This document shows, one piece after another, positions 9,016 through 17,687 of a stretch of DNA of 64,000 nucleotides. Within the stretch, counting starts at the first letter, position 1; the number at the start of each line of letters is the position of its first letter. The notes beneath the pieces were generated by a model. It made no database searches. It saw only the letters and a program-made list of their open reading frames with translations, and had not been told where the DNA came from. Made by a program: the position numbers and the translations under genes. The stretch spans positions 2,976-66,975 of the forward strand of contig CAJXMT010000001.1 of the NCBI GenBank assembly GCA_913056155.1, read 5' to 3'. Source of the stretch: an uncultured Cryomorphaceae bacterium. Lineage in GTDB: Bacteria > Bacteroidota > Bacteroidia > Flavobacteriales_G > Salibacteraceae.

Positions 9016-11571
9016 ATGGCAACAGTAAAAACAACACTCAAAACCTATACCCGCGATCAAGTTTTAAAAGAATCTTTGAAGTATTTTGATGGTGATGAGC
9101 TGGCAGCCTCTACATGGATTAACAAATACGCCATGCGATGTGAAAACGGCGAATTGGTGGAAAAAAGCCCTGAGGATATGCACAAACGTATGGCTCGAGA
9201 ATTTGCACGAATGGAAGAAGTTCACCGCAACAAAACGCACCTCAACGGCAGCTTTAAAAAGTTGAGCAGTTACGGACAAAAAAGAGACCCGCTGGTTTAC
9301 GATAAAATTTACGAGTATTTTAAAGATTTCAAGTATGTGATTCCGCAAGGCAGTGTAATGGCTGCTTTAGGCAACAAGTACATGATTGCTTCACTTTCAA
9401 ATTGTGTTGTGCTGCCTGAAATTTACGACTCGTACGGCGGCATTATGTACACCGATCAGCAGCTTACCCAATTATTTAAAAGGCGTTGCGGTGTGGGCAT
9501 TGATATTTCTACCCTTCGCCCGGCGGGAAAACACGTTTCCAATGCGGCCGGCACTACATCAGGAGCTATTTCATTTATGGAGCGTTTTTCTAACACTACC
9601 CGTGAAGTGGCGCAAAACGGCAGGAGAGGCGCTTTGATGATTACTATTGATATTGCACATCCCGATGCCGCCGATTTTATTTCCATTAAACAGGATTTGA
9701 AAAAAGTAACGGGCGCCAATATATCGGTAAGATTGAGTGATGAATTTATGGAAGCCGTAAAAGGTAAAACTACATTTACCCAACGCTGGCCCATTGATAG
9801 CGATTCTCCAAAATTCACGCAAGAGGTTAATGCCGAAGAACTGTGGAATAAAATTATTTCATGCGCACACCAAAGCGCGGAGCCCGGATTGATTTTTTGG
9901 GATCGGCAACATTATTACAGCACATCATCGGTTTATCCCGAGTTTAAAAACGTTTCAACCAATCCGTGCAGTGAAATTGCCATGCAAGGCGGCGACAGTT
10001 GCCGATTAATTGCACTTAACTTATACAACTTTGTAGAAAATCCGTTTACGCCTCAAGCCGAATTTAATTACAAAAAGTTCAAAGAGGTTACTTATGAATC
10101 TCAGCGCTTGATGGATGATTTGGTGGACTTGGAATTGGAATCCATCCAAAGGATTTTAGACAAAATCGATTCGGATCCCGAGCCGGATTACATCAAATCC
10201 GTAGAGCGCAAAACTTGGGAAACGCTTTATGAAGCCGGAAAAAAAGGTCGCCGAACCGGATTGGGTTTCACGGCTTTGGGCGATGCGGTAGCGGCACTCA
10301 ACCTGAAATTCGACTCAGATGAAGGTTTAGAGGCCATCGATAAAATCATGCGCGTGAAGTGTGAGGCTGAGTTTGATTCATCAATCGATTTGGCTCTTGA
10401 AAGAGGTGCTTTTGAAGCTTTTGATCCGGAGATTGAAAAGCAGTCGGAATTTGTTCAAATGATGGAAAAGGAAATGCCTCAAGTTCACGAAAGAATGATG
10501 AGTTGCGGCCGCAGAAATATCAGCATCAGTACGGTTGCTCCAACGGGAACTTTGAGTATGTTGGCCCAAACCTCATCGGGAATTGAGCCCGTTTTTATGA
10601 CCCATTACAAGCGCCGCAGAAAAATAAATGCCAATGACACCGATGCGCGCGTTGATTTCACTGACGAAATGGGCGATACCTGGCAAGAGTTTACTGTATA
10701 TCACCCTAAAGTGAAGGAGTGGATGGAAATCAGCGGCCAAAAGAAACCGGAGAAAAGTCCGTATTACAAAGCCACCGCTCCTGATATTGATTGGATCAAG
10801 CGCGTAAAAACGCAAAGTATCGTACAAAAATATGTAACGCACTCCATCAGTTCAACCATCAACTTACCTTCAACGGTGAGCGTTGAAAAAGTAGGAGACA
10901 TTTACCTGGAAGCCTGGAAAATGGGTTTAAAGGGCATTACGGTTTACCGCGACGGTTCAAGAAGCGGCGTACTTATTTCAGACGAGAAAAAAGAAGAAAA
11001 AACCACCGAGACATTTGAGGAAAACCGCATTAAAAAACGCCCTAAGGTTTTAGAGGCTGAAGTGATTCGTTTCCAAAACGAAAAAGAAAAATGGATTGCC
11101 GTAGTGGGTTTGCTGGATGGAATTCCGTATGAAATTTTCACCGGTAAAGCCGAGGATGTTTTTGCATTGCCGCCTTGGTGTGAAACCGGGCGCGTAATTC
11201 GAAACAAAACCAAAAACAAAAAATCGCGGTACGATTTCCAATTTACCGACCAAGCCGGATATAAAGTAACCATTGAAGGATTGAGCCGGTCATTCAATAA
11301 AGAGTATTGGAATTACGCCAAATTGATATCGGGCATATTGCGTCACGGTATGCCCCTGCCCTATGCCGTTGAATTGGTTGAAGATTTAAATTTATATTCA
11401 GATCACATCAACACTTGGAAAAACGGGGTGGCCAGGGCGTTAAAAAAGTTCATTCCGGACGGAACACCGCGAACAGATTTGAAATGTCCCGATTGCGGAG
11501 ACCCCAAAGGACTCGTTTACGAAGAAGGTTGCTTAAAGTGTAAAAGCTGCGGCCATACCAAATGCGGGTGA
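9016..11571 (+). CDS. nrdJ: class II (adenosylcobalamin-dependent) ribonucleotide reductase
   Basis: 851 aa. Carries the NPCSEI active-site region, GLGFTALGDA, and a C-terminal Cys cluster CPDCG...CLKCKSCGHTKCG. Confidence 0.85.
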   Translation: MATVKTTLKTYTRDQVLKESLKYFDGDELAASTWINKYAMRCENGELVEKSPEDMHKRMAREFARMEEVHRNKTHLNGSFKKLSSYGQKRDPLVYDKIYEYFKDFKYVIPQGSVMAALGNKYMIASLSNCVVLPEIYDSYGGIMYTDQQLTQLFKRRCGVGIDISTLRPAGKHVSNAAGTTSGAISFMERFSNTTREVAQNGRRGALMITIDIAHPDAADFISIKQDLKKVTGANISVRLSDEFMEAVKGKTTFTQRWPIDSDSPKFTQEVNAEELWNKIISCAHQSAEPGLIFWDRQHYYSTSSVYPEFKNVSTNPCSEIAMQGGDSCRLIALNLYNFVENPFTPQAEFNYKKFKEVTYESQRLMDDLVDLELESIQRILDKIDSDPEPDYIKSVERKTWETLYEAGKKGRRTGLGFTALGDAVAALNLKFDSDEGLEAIDKIMRVKCEAEFDSSIDLALERGAFEAFDPEIEKQSEFVQMMEKEMPQVHERMMSCGRRNISISTVAPTGTLSMLAQTSSGIEPVFMTHYKRRRKINANDTDARVDFTDEMGDTWQEFTVYHPKVKEWMEISGQKKPEKSPYYKATAPDIDWIKRVKTQSIVQKYVTHSISSTINLPSTVSVEKVGDIYLEAWKMGLKGITVYRDGSRSGVLISDEKKEEKTTETFEENRIKKRPKVLEAEVIRFQNEKEKWIAVVGLLDGIPYEIFTGKAEDVFALPPWCETGRVIRNKTKNKKSRYDFQFTDQAGYKVTIEGLSRSFNKEYWNYAKLISGILRHGMPLPYAVELVEDLNLYSDHINTWKNGVARALKKFIPDGTPRTDLKCPDCGDPKGLVYEEGCLKCKSCGHTKCG

Positions 11572-11580
11572 CATGAAATT

Positions 11581-11619
11581 AAAACCTCAGTGCCGGCGGG
11601 CATTGAGGTTTTGTTTTTT
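11581..11619 (+). terminator. intrinsic terminator after nrdJ
   Basis: AAAACCTCAGTGCC-GGCG-GGCATTGAGGTTTT followed by GTTTTTT. Confidence 0.75.
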
Positions 11620-11671
11620 ACAATGACCCCAAAAACGCAAAAGCAATTAACTTTGCGCCAAACACCCGATT

Positions 11672-12250
11672 ATGTCCCTACAACTCATTTACGCCCAATT
11701 GAAAGAGGCACGAGATACGCTGGATCACTTTACAAGTGATAAGGCCAATCTTGAAGCTGTTGAGAGTGCCGCTGAGGTTATGGCTGCATCATTGGCCGCA
11801 GGAGGTAAAATCATCAGCTGCGGCAACGGAGGCTCCATGAGCGACGCCATGCACTTTGCCGAGGAGCTCACCGGGCGTTTTCGCGAAAACAGACGAGCCC
11901 TGCCGGCCATGGCTATTGCAGACCCTAGTCATATTACATGCACGGCCAATGATTTTGGATTTGACTATGTTTTTTCGCGTTATATTGAAGCCCACGCCAA
12001 TACCGGTGATGTGTTACTGGCTATTTCCACCTCGGGTAATTCTCAAAATGTAATTAATGCCGCAGTTTCGGGTAAAAAATCAGGAATGCATGTTGTTGCA
12101 CTAGCCGGCAAAAACGGAGGGGAACTCGCAAAAAAATGTGATACTGAAATACGGGTTGAACACAACGGCTATGCCGACAGAATTCAAGAAATGCACATCA
12201 AAATTATTCACTGCTTGATATTTCTTATCGAAAAAAAACTTGGCGTTTGA
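11672..12250 (+). CDS. gmhA: D-sedoheptulose-7-phosphate isomerase (SIS domain)
   Basis: 192 aa with [17 protein letters not shown] and AISTSGNS motifs. Confidence 0.8.
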   Translation: MSLQLIYAQLKEARDTLDHFTSDKANLEAVESAAEVMAASLAAGGKIISCGNGGSMSDAMHFAEELTGRFRENRRALPAMAIADPSHITCTANDFGFDYVFSRYIEAHANTGDVLLAISTSGNSQNVINAAVSGKKSGMHVVALAGKNGGELAKKCDTEIRVEHNGYADRIQEMHIKIIHCLIFLIEKKLGV

Positions 12251-12279
12251 TTTTATAAGCCGTACACCCGGCGATTCAA

Positions 12280-12330
12280 AAAAGCCCCGGCTTTTTCCTT
12301 CCGCTCGGGAAGGAAAAGCGCGGGGCTTGA
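12280..12330 (-). repeat. 51-nt long-hairpin repeat, copy 1 (terminator-like on the minus strand)
   Basis: AAAAGCCCCGGCTTTTTCCTTCCGCTCGGGAAGGAAAAGCGCGGGGCTTGA. Identical at 48/51 positions to 16943..16993, in the same orientation. Folds into a stem of about 20 bp followed by T6 on the minus strand. Confidence 0.85.
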
Positions 12331-12349
12331 GTGATCAAATAACGTTGAG

Positions 12350-12637
12350 TTATTTTTCTCGTACTGAACAATCGACATCAAAGTCAACATCGCCTACTAA
12401 TCCAACCATAGCAAACGAGTTTTTAAACTGCGTTTCATAATCGTTGCATTTTTCCTCAGCTTCATCTTCTTTTACACTTTCGATAGTCCAGCTTTCAGCT
12501 CCCATATCTTCAGTTTGGGTCATTCCGTTACCAAAATCTACTGTATAGGTTCCGTCGTAGTTGCACTCGTAATCTTTTTTACAAGAGGTCATTGTCATAA
12601 CAGCCAAAGCGGCTGCAAATAAAATAAGCTTTTTCAT
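12350..12637 (-). CDS. small lipoprotein, unknown function
   Basis: Lipoprotein signal MKKLILFAAALAVMTMTSC followed by an acidic mature part. Confidence 0.5.
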   Translation of the reverse strand: MKKLILFAAALAVMTMTSCKKDYECNYDGTYTVDFGNGMTQTEDMGAESWTIESVKEDEAEEKCNDYETQFKNSFAMVGLVGDVDFDVDCSVREK

Positions 12638-12666
12638 ATTTCTGAATTTTGATTTTAATTAATAGA

Positions 12667-13548
12667 TTAATCCTGCTCTTCCACGACAATTTTGCCGTTT
12701 TCTTTTTTTACCGTTAAATATATTCGATTCTCACCCCCTATCTTTTGATGGGGGTATTCAATCATTTCAAAATCCAAAACTATAGGATTGTGAGTTTTTA
12801 AGCCTCGGGGAGAGACAGGAGGCAATTCCCCAATTTCTGCCTTACTTCGCCCCGCCAAATCACTATCATCAGTTACAAAAAGATGATATTCAGGTTGTAT
12901 CATCGAATATGTAAGAAAGTAATTCAGTTCATTAGTGAATCGGAATGTGAATTCCTTTGTCCCCACAAAATCAACCAAGGGCATCTTCATAATGTGCCAA
13001 AATTTATTTTCCCAGGGGTCAGCAGGCAGTAAAAAATACAACGTGTCCTCAACATCAAATTCAGAGTTGTTTATAGACTTGATTGCTACGTAGTTGGTAA
13101 AATAAGAAAGCCTGTCCGGGAAAAACATACCGTCCGGGGAGTTAAAACCCGCACCATTTATGTGATCTTGAGAAGCGGTAAACAGTTCCAGTTTTGCATA
13201 AATCTTATCAACTTTAACTCCCTCTTCATTAAACACTAACATATCTACTTCATCAACAACCCTGCAGTCATGGCCTATACCTACTTCAAAGTAACCATTG
13301 CCGTCTGTTTTCACAATGGTTTCAGTTCGTTCGCACCACCCCAAAAATTCTCCCCTACCTTCAGGTGTTATCAAATGTACTTCGCCGTTAATTACCGGAT
13401 TGTGATTTTGATCCATCACAATACCGGAAATCACGCGTGCCGCGCCTTTTGTTGAGTCATTTTCATCTCTCCTACAGCCGGCGGTAAATAAAATGACCAG
13501 TACCGGTAAAATAAAGAGACCTAAAAATATATTTGCTTTTTTCATCAC
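12667..13548 (-). CDS. lipoprotein with an N-terminal carboxypeptidase-regulatory-like domain
   Basis: Signal peptide plus Cys (FTAGC). The GIVMDQNHNPVINGEVHL pattern resembles a CarboxypepD_reg fold. Confidence 0.45.
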   Translation of the reverse strand: MMKKANIFLGLFILPVLVILFTAGCRRDENDSTKGAARVISGIVMDQNHNPVINGEVHLITPEGRGEFLGWCERTETIVKTDGNGYFEVGIGHDCRVVDEVDMLVFNEEGVKVDKIYAKLELFTASQDHINGAGFNSPDGMFFPDRLSYFTNYVAIKSINNSEFDVEDTLYFLLPADPWENKFWHIMKMPLVDFVGTKEFTFRFTNELNYFLTYSMIQPEYHLFVTDDSDLAGRSKAEIGELPPVSPRGLKTHNPIVLDFEMIEYPHQKIGGENRIYLTVKKENGKIVVEEQD

Positions 13549-13550
13549 TT

Positions 13551-14675
13551 TTATTTTTTAATGATTTTGAAATTTTGCTGAGTGGATTTTGTTTGTACAA
13601 TCACTTGATAAATGCCCGTTGCCAAATGAGGCGGCAAATCAATTACCGCATGATTCACCTTGAGCTGGCGGCTGTAAATCAACATCCCTTGCAAATTAAA
13701 GATTTTAATACTTTCAATTTGTTCAAGGGATTTGATATTTAGTTCATTTCGCGCCGGGTTGGGGAAAACAGAAATTTTCTTTTCATTTTCTTCTTCAACA
13801 GCAGATGTTGTCCGCTCTTTTTTACCTGACGGCGGACACCATATTAATTCCACTGCAGAAACATCAAAATCAGTCCCCTCCTCACCATCTAGATCATAGT
13901 TCTTAAAATCATCTGTATCCTCCACTCCAAAATTGGCAAAAGGCATACCGCCAAATGGTGAGGGATTTGCAAAGGTCATAGTCCGTTCTTTTGAATAAGC
14001 ACCTCCAACTTTGTAACCCGCAGCCGGGTTTTTGCTTGGATAGGTATAGAAATCGTTTACATGCATCCCGGCACGAATCTCCTCCCGAGCAGTAAATGAC
14101 CCTTCCCAAGCTAATTCATAGTTTTCCAACCAGAGTTTTTTATCGCCGATTTCACGAACTAGAAAACCATGATCTGTACGACAATTTCCGCCATCGTAAT
14201 GCCCAGGTTTTTCATTTCTGAATTTGAACCCATGATGGCGATGTTCAGCATAATTAATAAATGTATTATCACAAGTGGGGGAAAGATGACCTCCCATATC
14301 TCCCCCAACAATCAAATCAAAGGGTGTATTATTTATTTGAGCGGGCATGTCATTTAATACATCGTGAGAAAGAGAAAATGCACCCCAATTGTAACCATTA
14401 TCAATACCACTTTGCATAGGTATAAAATTGAATTTAAACCCTTGCGAAATCATAACAACATTACCGCCAATTCCTCCTAACCATTTTGGGCCTACATTCC
14501 ATGTTGAAGGTGTAAGATCGTTATTTGCTTCTAAACCTAAAAAGCTCTTGCCTCCAATATATCCACCTGCCGCAGAACACACAGGCTCAACGTTTGATGC
14601 TTTTAAAGTAAAGCTCGTGGGAAGAGTTTTTATTTTTAAGCGAATACGCCACCTTCTAAAACGAACAATAGGCAC
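13551..14675 (-). CDS. ORF with a T9SS C-terminal sorting domain but no signal peptide (likely the 3' part of a split gene)
   Basis: C-terminus ISVFPNPARNELNIK...GIYQVIVQT matches a Por-secretion tail. Has a GTG start, a basic non-hydrophobic N-terminus, and the same frame as 14685..16520. Confidence 0.55.
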   Translation of the reverse strand: MPIVRFRRWRIRLKIKTLPTSFTLKASNVEPVCSAAGGYIGGKSFLGLEANNDLTPSTWNVGPKWLGGIGGNVVMISQGFKFNFIPMQSGIDNGYNWGAFSLSHDVLNDMPAQINNTPFDLIVGGDMGGHLSPTCDNTFINYAEHRHHGFKFRNEKPGHYDGGNCRTDHGFLVREIGDKKLWLENYELAWEGSFTAREEIRAGMHVNDFYTYPSKNPAAGYKVGGAYSKERTMTFANPSPFGGMPFANFGVEDTDDFKNYDLDGEEGTDFDVSAVELIWCPPSGKKERTTSAVEEENEKKISVFPNPARNELNIKSLEQIESIKIFNLQGMLIYSRQLKVNHAVIDLPPHLATGIYQVIVQTKSTQQNFKIIKK

Positions 14676-14684
14676 ACGTACTGT

Positions 14685-16520
14685 TTAACCAAAACTCATT
14701 AAATCACCACTCCCACTTGGATTACTGTAAATTCCACCACCAATTTCAAACACTTTAAACTCTCTTCGTAATATTCTAAAATGCTTTGTGAAACCGCCAC
14801 TTAAAATGGGATAAGTTATGTCCTTTTCCGGTTCATCTAAATCTTCATATTCTTTTAATTGCCTACTGCCATTCAACAAACCTTGAGTTACAGCAACATT
14901 TTTACAATACTTGGGATACCCCCCCATCATAGCTAAGGTGTCATAAAGTTCCACACCTAAGGAATGTCGTGAATAATTATAATCCAAAAGAGATCCTGAT
15001 CTGGTATCTGCGTGAAACAGCAACATTTGTTTTGCAGCTGTGGAACCTAAAATTGGTGACCAATGCATCGGACCGTCAATAGCCATTGAATAACCCCCTA
15101 ATCCCATTGCCATTGATGGCAGACCGCCAATTGCAGTATTACCCACTAATGCCTCCCAAATTTCTTGTATGGCCAATGGAATATTAGCTCCTTGCTGCGG
15201 GCTATCCATTGAAATGAACAATCTGGTATTGTGTCTTTGCTCAAAACGACACTCTGTAGCATAACTTGAGGATTCCATATAATTTAAAGCATAACGAGTT
15301 ACTAATCCTCCCATGCTGAATCCCATAATCACAAATTGCTCATTGCTATTCAGGTATGGGCCACACTTTAAATAATCAAGAAACTTCACTAATGCACGAC
15401 CATTTTTCTTTACACTTCTGTAAACATTATTTCCGTGATAGTTCACAATATAAACATCATAACCTTCATTGCGCAATTCTGTAATACGACTTCTTTGCAA
15501 ATCTCGATAATGCTCCGGGAAACTTCTATTTATTTTCACGTTTAGATTAGGCAAGGTATTAACCACTTTTTCTATTGCACCTCCAAATGGAATAAAGGGA
15601 CCAAAGCCGGTTACATAAATGAAGGCCTTTCGGTGTTCTGGTTCTATATCATCCGGCAAACATGGCTCATAATGGCCAACATTAAAACCATCAAAATCAA
15701 ATTGAAAATCAGGTTGGTTTTCAGTTAAATCAATATCACTGGCAATATGCATTTTAGATAAGGAATGTTTATAATCCTCCCATTCATCTTCAGGCACATT
15801 TTCACCAATATAATCAGTTGATTGTAAACGGAAATGAATGGGGTAATGACCTATTGTCGGATAAGTCACAGCAACATAATCTACACCGAATGTATTTATA
15901 GTATGGTAGCCGGTACCATCACCAAAATCAATCTGCAACCTGTATTGCATATCATTAAACTCATGAGAAGTGAATTGATCTGCAAATATCATTGCAGGAT
16001 CTATTCTGTAGGTAGCATTCCTAAACATCAAAGTGCTATTAAAAATTGACCCGCTAAAAATATTGCTATATAAAAATGGATCCGGTGCGCCCGGTTTATG
16101 AGTAATCCAATTATTTACTTCATCTACATCAAAATACTCGTCAGTATAGAAAACCGAAGTATCATAAACCCAATGGAAATTATAATTCATCAACATAACA
16201 GGCACTGTATCCCCAATGGACTCTTGATTTAGCGCGTCAGAAATATCACAGATATTCATTAAATTACTTGTATCGTGTGCGGCATAGAACATGTGTTCAT
16301 ACGCCGCTCTCCATACATTTGAATTCACGGTATCCTCATCATTATAGGGACTAAAAAAAAATTCAGGTAAAACTTGAACAGATTGATCCCATGCTCTATT
16401 TGAAGTAGGTTTTTGTACCACCCACCGAAAAGAATGCCTCAAACTATCTTGTGCTTCTATTAAAGGCCAACTCATGTGACATCTTATATTTTGAGTTTTG
16501 GAGCTCAAAGGAAAAACCAC
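14685..16520 (-). CDS. alpha/beta-hydrolase (lipase-like GFSMGG) ORF lacking both an intact signal peptide and a sorting domain
   Basis: GxSxG nucleophile-elbow motif (MGFSMGGL). The GTG start sits inside a hydrophobic stretch. Ends at a TAA in frame with the next ORF. Confidence 0.55.
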   Translation of the reverse strand: MVFPLSSKTQNIRCHMSWPLIEAQDSLRHSFRWVVQKPTSNRAWDQSVQVLPEFFFSPYNDEDTVNSNVWRAAYEHMFYAAHDTSNLMNICDISDALNQESIGDTVPVMLMNYNFHWVYDTSVFYTDEYFDVDEVNNWITHKPGAPDPFLYSNIFSGSIFNSTLMFRNATYRIDPAMIFADQFTSHEFNDMQYRLQIDFGDGTGYHTINTFGVDYVAVTYPTIGHYPIHFRLQSTDYIGENVPEDEWEDYKHSLSKMHIASDIDLTENQPDFQFDFDGFNVGHYEPCLPDDIEPEHRKAFIYVTGFGPFIPFGGAIEKVVNTLPNLNVKINRSFPEHYRDLQRSRITELRNEGYDVYIVNYHGNNVYRSVKKNGRALVKFLDYLKCGPYLNSNEQFVIMGFSMGGLVTRYALNYMESSSYATECRFEQRHNTRLFISMDSPQQGANIPLAIQEIWEALVGNTAIGGLPSMAMGLGGYSMAIDGPMHWSPILGSTAAKQMLLFHADTRSGSLLDYNYSRHSLGVELYDTLAMMGGYPKYCKNVAVTQGLLNGSRQLKEYEDLDEPEKDITYPILSGGFTKHFRILRREFKVFEIGGGIYSNPSGSGDLMSFG

Positions 16521-16609
16521 GTAAAACGTAATTAAGAATATGCTGAATGCGTTTCCTTCCCTTTTTTCTTGAGGTTTGACTCGGGAATTACATTTACCGC
16601 CGGAACGCG

Positions 16610-16623
16610 GTGTGTGTGTGTGT
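16610..16623. repeat. (GT)7 / (AC)7 dinucleotide microsatellite
   Basis: GTGTGTGTGTGTGT read directly. Lies 90-103 nt 5' of the annotated start of the 611-aa ORF. Confidence 0.95.
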
Positions 16624-16942
16624 AGGCGATAACGAGGATGACAACTGACTATACCCGGCTAAAACTTGACCGTTAGTTATTCCACGTAAACTCGTAAGAT
16701 TGGTTGTGTTGAAAGTTTTCATAATTCATAAGTTTTATGGTGATGAACACCGTTTTGTACAGCATAAAAATTCTATTTCTTTAAGTGTTTTAATTAAATT
16801 TGGTGGTCAAAAATATAACTAATTTTTTAACCACCAAATAAAAAGCAAAAAAAACACATATTATGATTATGTTAATTAGCACTCTATTTTCAACTCAATT
16901 CCGTCAAACGCTAAGTGTGATGATACACTATGCTTATAAATG

Positions 16943-16993
16943 AAAAGCCCCGGCCTTTTCATTCCGCCCGGGAAGGAAAAGCGCGGGGCTTGA
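16943..16993 (-). repeat. 51-nt long-hairpin repeat, copy 2 (acts as the ssb terminator)
   Basis: AAAAGCCCCGGCCTTTTCATTCCGCCCGGGAAGGAAAAGCGCGGGGCTTGA. Ends 19 nt before the ssb stop at 17012 in plus-strand coordinates, so it is downstream of the minus-strand gene. Confidence 0.85.
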
Positions 16994-17011
16994 AAACACA
17001 GTAAAGGGAAG

Positions 17012-17347
17012 TTACTTTTTTCCCAACAACATGATGTCATTGGCAACTACCTCAGTAATGTATCGGGTTTTGCCTTCTTTGTCTTCATATTGGCGATTGA
17101 CCAATTTACCCTCTACGGCAATTTCTTTTCCCTTTTCGCAATATTTTTCTGCCACATCGGCAAGTCCTCTCCAAACCACTACTTTGTGCCAAGTGGTTTT
17201 TTCCACGCGCTCGCCTTTGTCGTTTTTAGAGTACTCATTCGTAGCGATGCTCAAATTGGCGCGCTTTACATTTTTGTCAAAGGTTTTTACTTCGGGATCT
17301 GTTCCCAAACGACCGATTAATTGTACTTTGTTTGCTAATGCATTCAT
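17012..17347 (-). CDS. ssb: single-stranded DNA-binding protein (short form)
   Basis: OB-fold SSB sequence (NKVQLIGRLGTDPEV...TWHKVVVWRGLAD). Confidence 0.85.
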   Translation of the reverse strand: MNALANKVQLIGRLGTDPEVKTFDKNVKRANLSIATNEYSKNDKGERVEKTTWHKVVVWRGLADVAEKYCEKGKEIAVEGKLVNRQYEDKEGKTRYITEVVANDIMLLGKK

Positions 17348-17655
17348 AACGTATAAATTTTAATTGTTAGAAAATAGATTTTTAATTGTTTGACGAGGCA
17401 AAGATTCGGCAACCTCAAAATACAAGCCGTATGTTATGCGGTTACTTGCGTTTATAATCGGCAGTAAACGGATAACCTACTCATTTTGAGCACATACGCC
17501 CTGCTGCGCAAAAATCATCGTCATCAGTTCGCCCGGGCGGTATTATTCATCGGTAAAACTTGCGTCATCCGGTTTAATCGTGATGAAAAAGCGGAAAAAT
17601 TGAAAACAATAAGAGAATCGGTGGTGTAATTTTCCCGGCAATTCACCTACTTCTT

Positions 17656-17663
17656 TACCTTTG
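17656..17663 (+). promoter_or_regulatory. Bacteroidota -7 box TACCTTTG
   Basis: Matches TAnnTTTG. Ends 25 nt upstream of the ATG at 17688. Confidence 0.45.
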
Positions 17664-17687
17664 CCCTATTCTTTAAAGTAAAATTTT

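Larger units (their letters stand above)
13551..16722 (-). pseudogene. possible single disrupted or switchable T9SS-cargo hydrolase gene (upstream ATG, (AC)7 frame offset, in-frame TAA)
   Basis: See findings. The two ORFs share a frame across one TAA (14685-14687). The upstream ATG at 16720-16722 is out of frame by an amount that one dinucleotide unit would correct. Confidence 0.4.

Noticed and set aside
17012-17347. ssb lacks the usual acidic C-terminal tail and sits next to the repeat-bracketed block, so it might be a mobile-element SSB
   Set aside because: To my knowledge, short tail-less SSB paralogs are common in Bacteroidota chromosomes. No other mobile-element genes are nearby.
17348-17687. 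Possible riboswitch (for example lysine) in the 340-nt region upstream of the ALDH7-like gene
   Set aside because: I could not recognise any conserved riboswitch core by eye. The region also has to hold the divergent ssb promoter. A covariance-model scan is needed.
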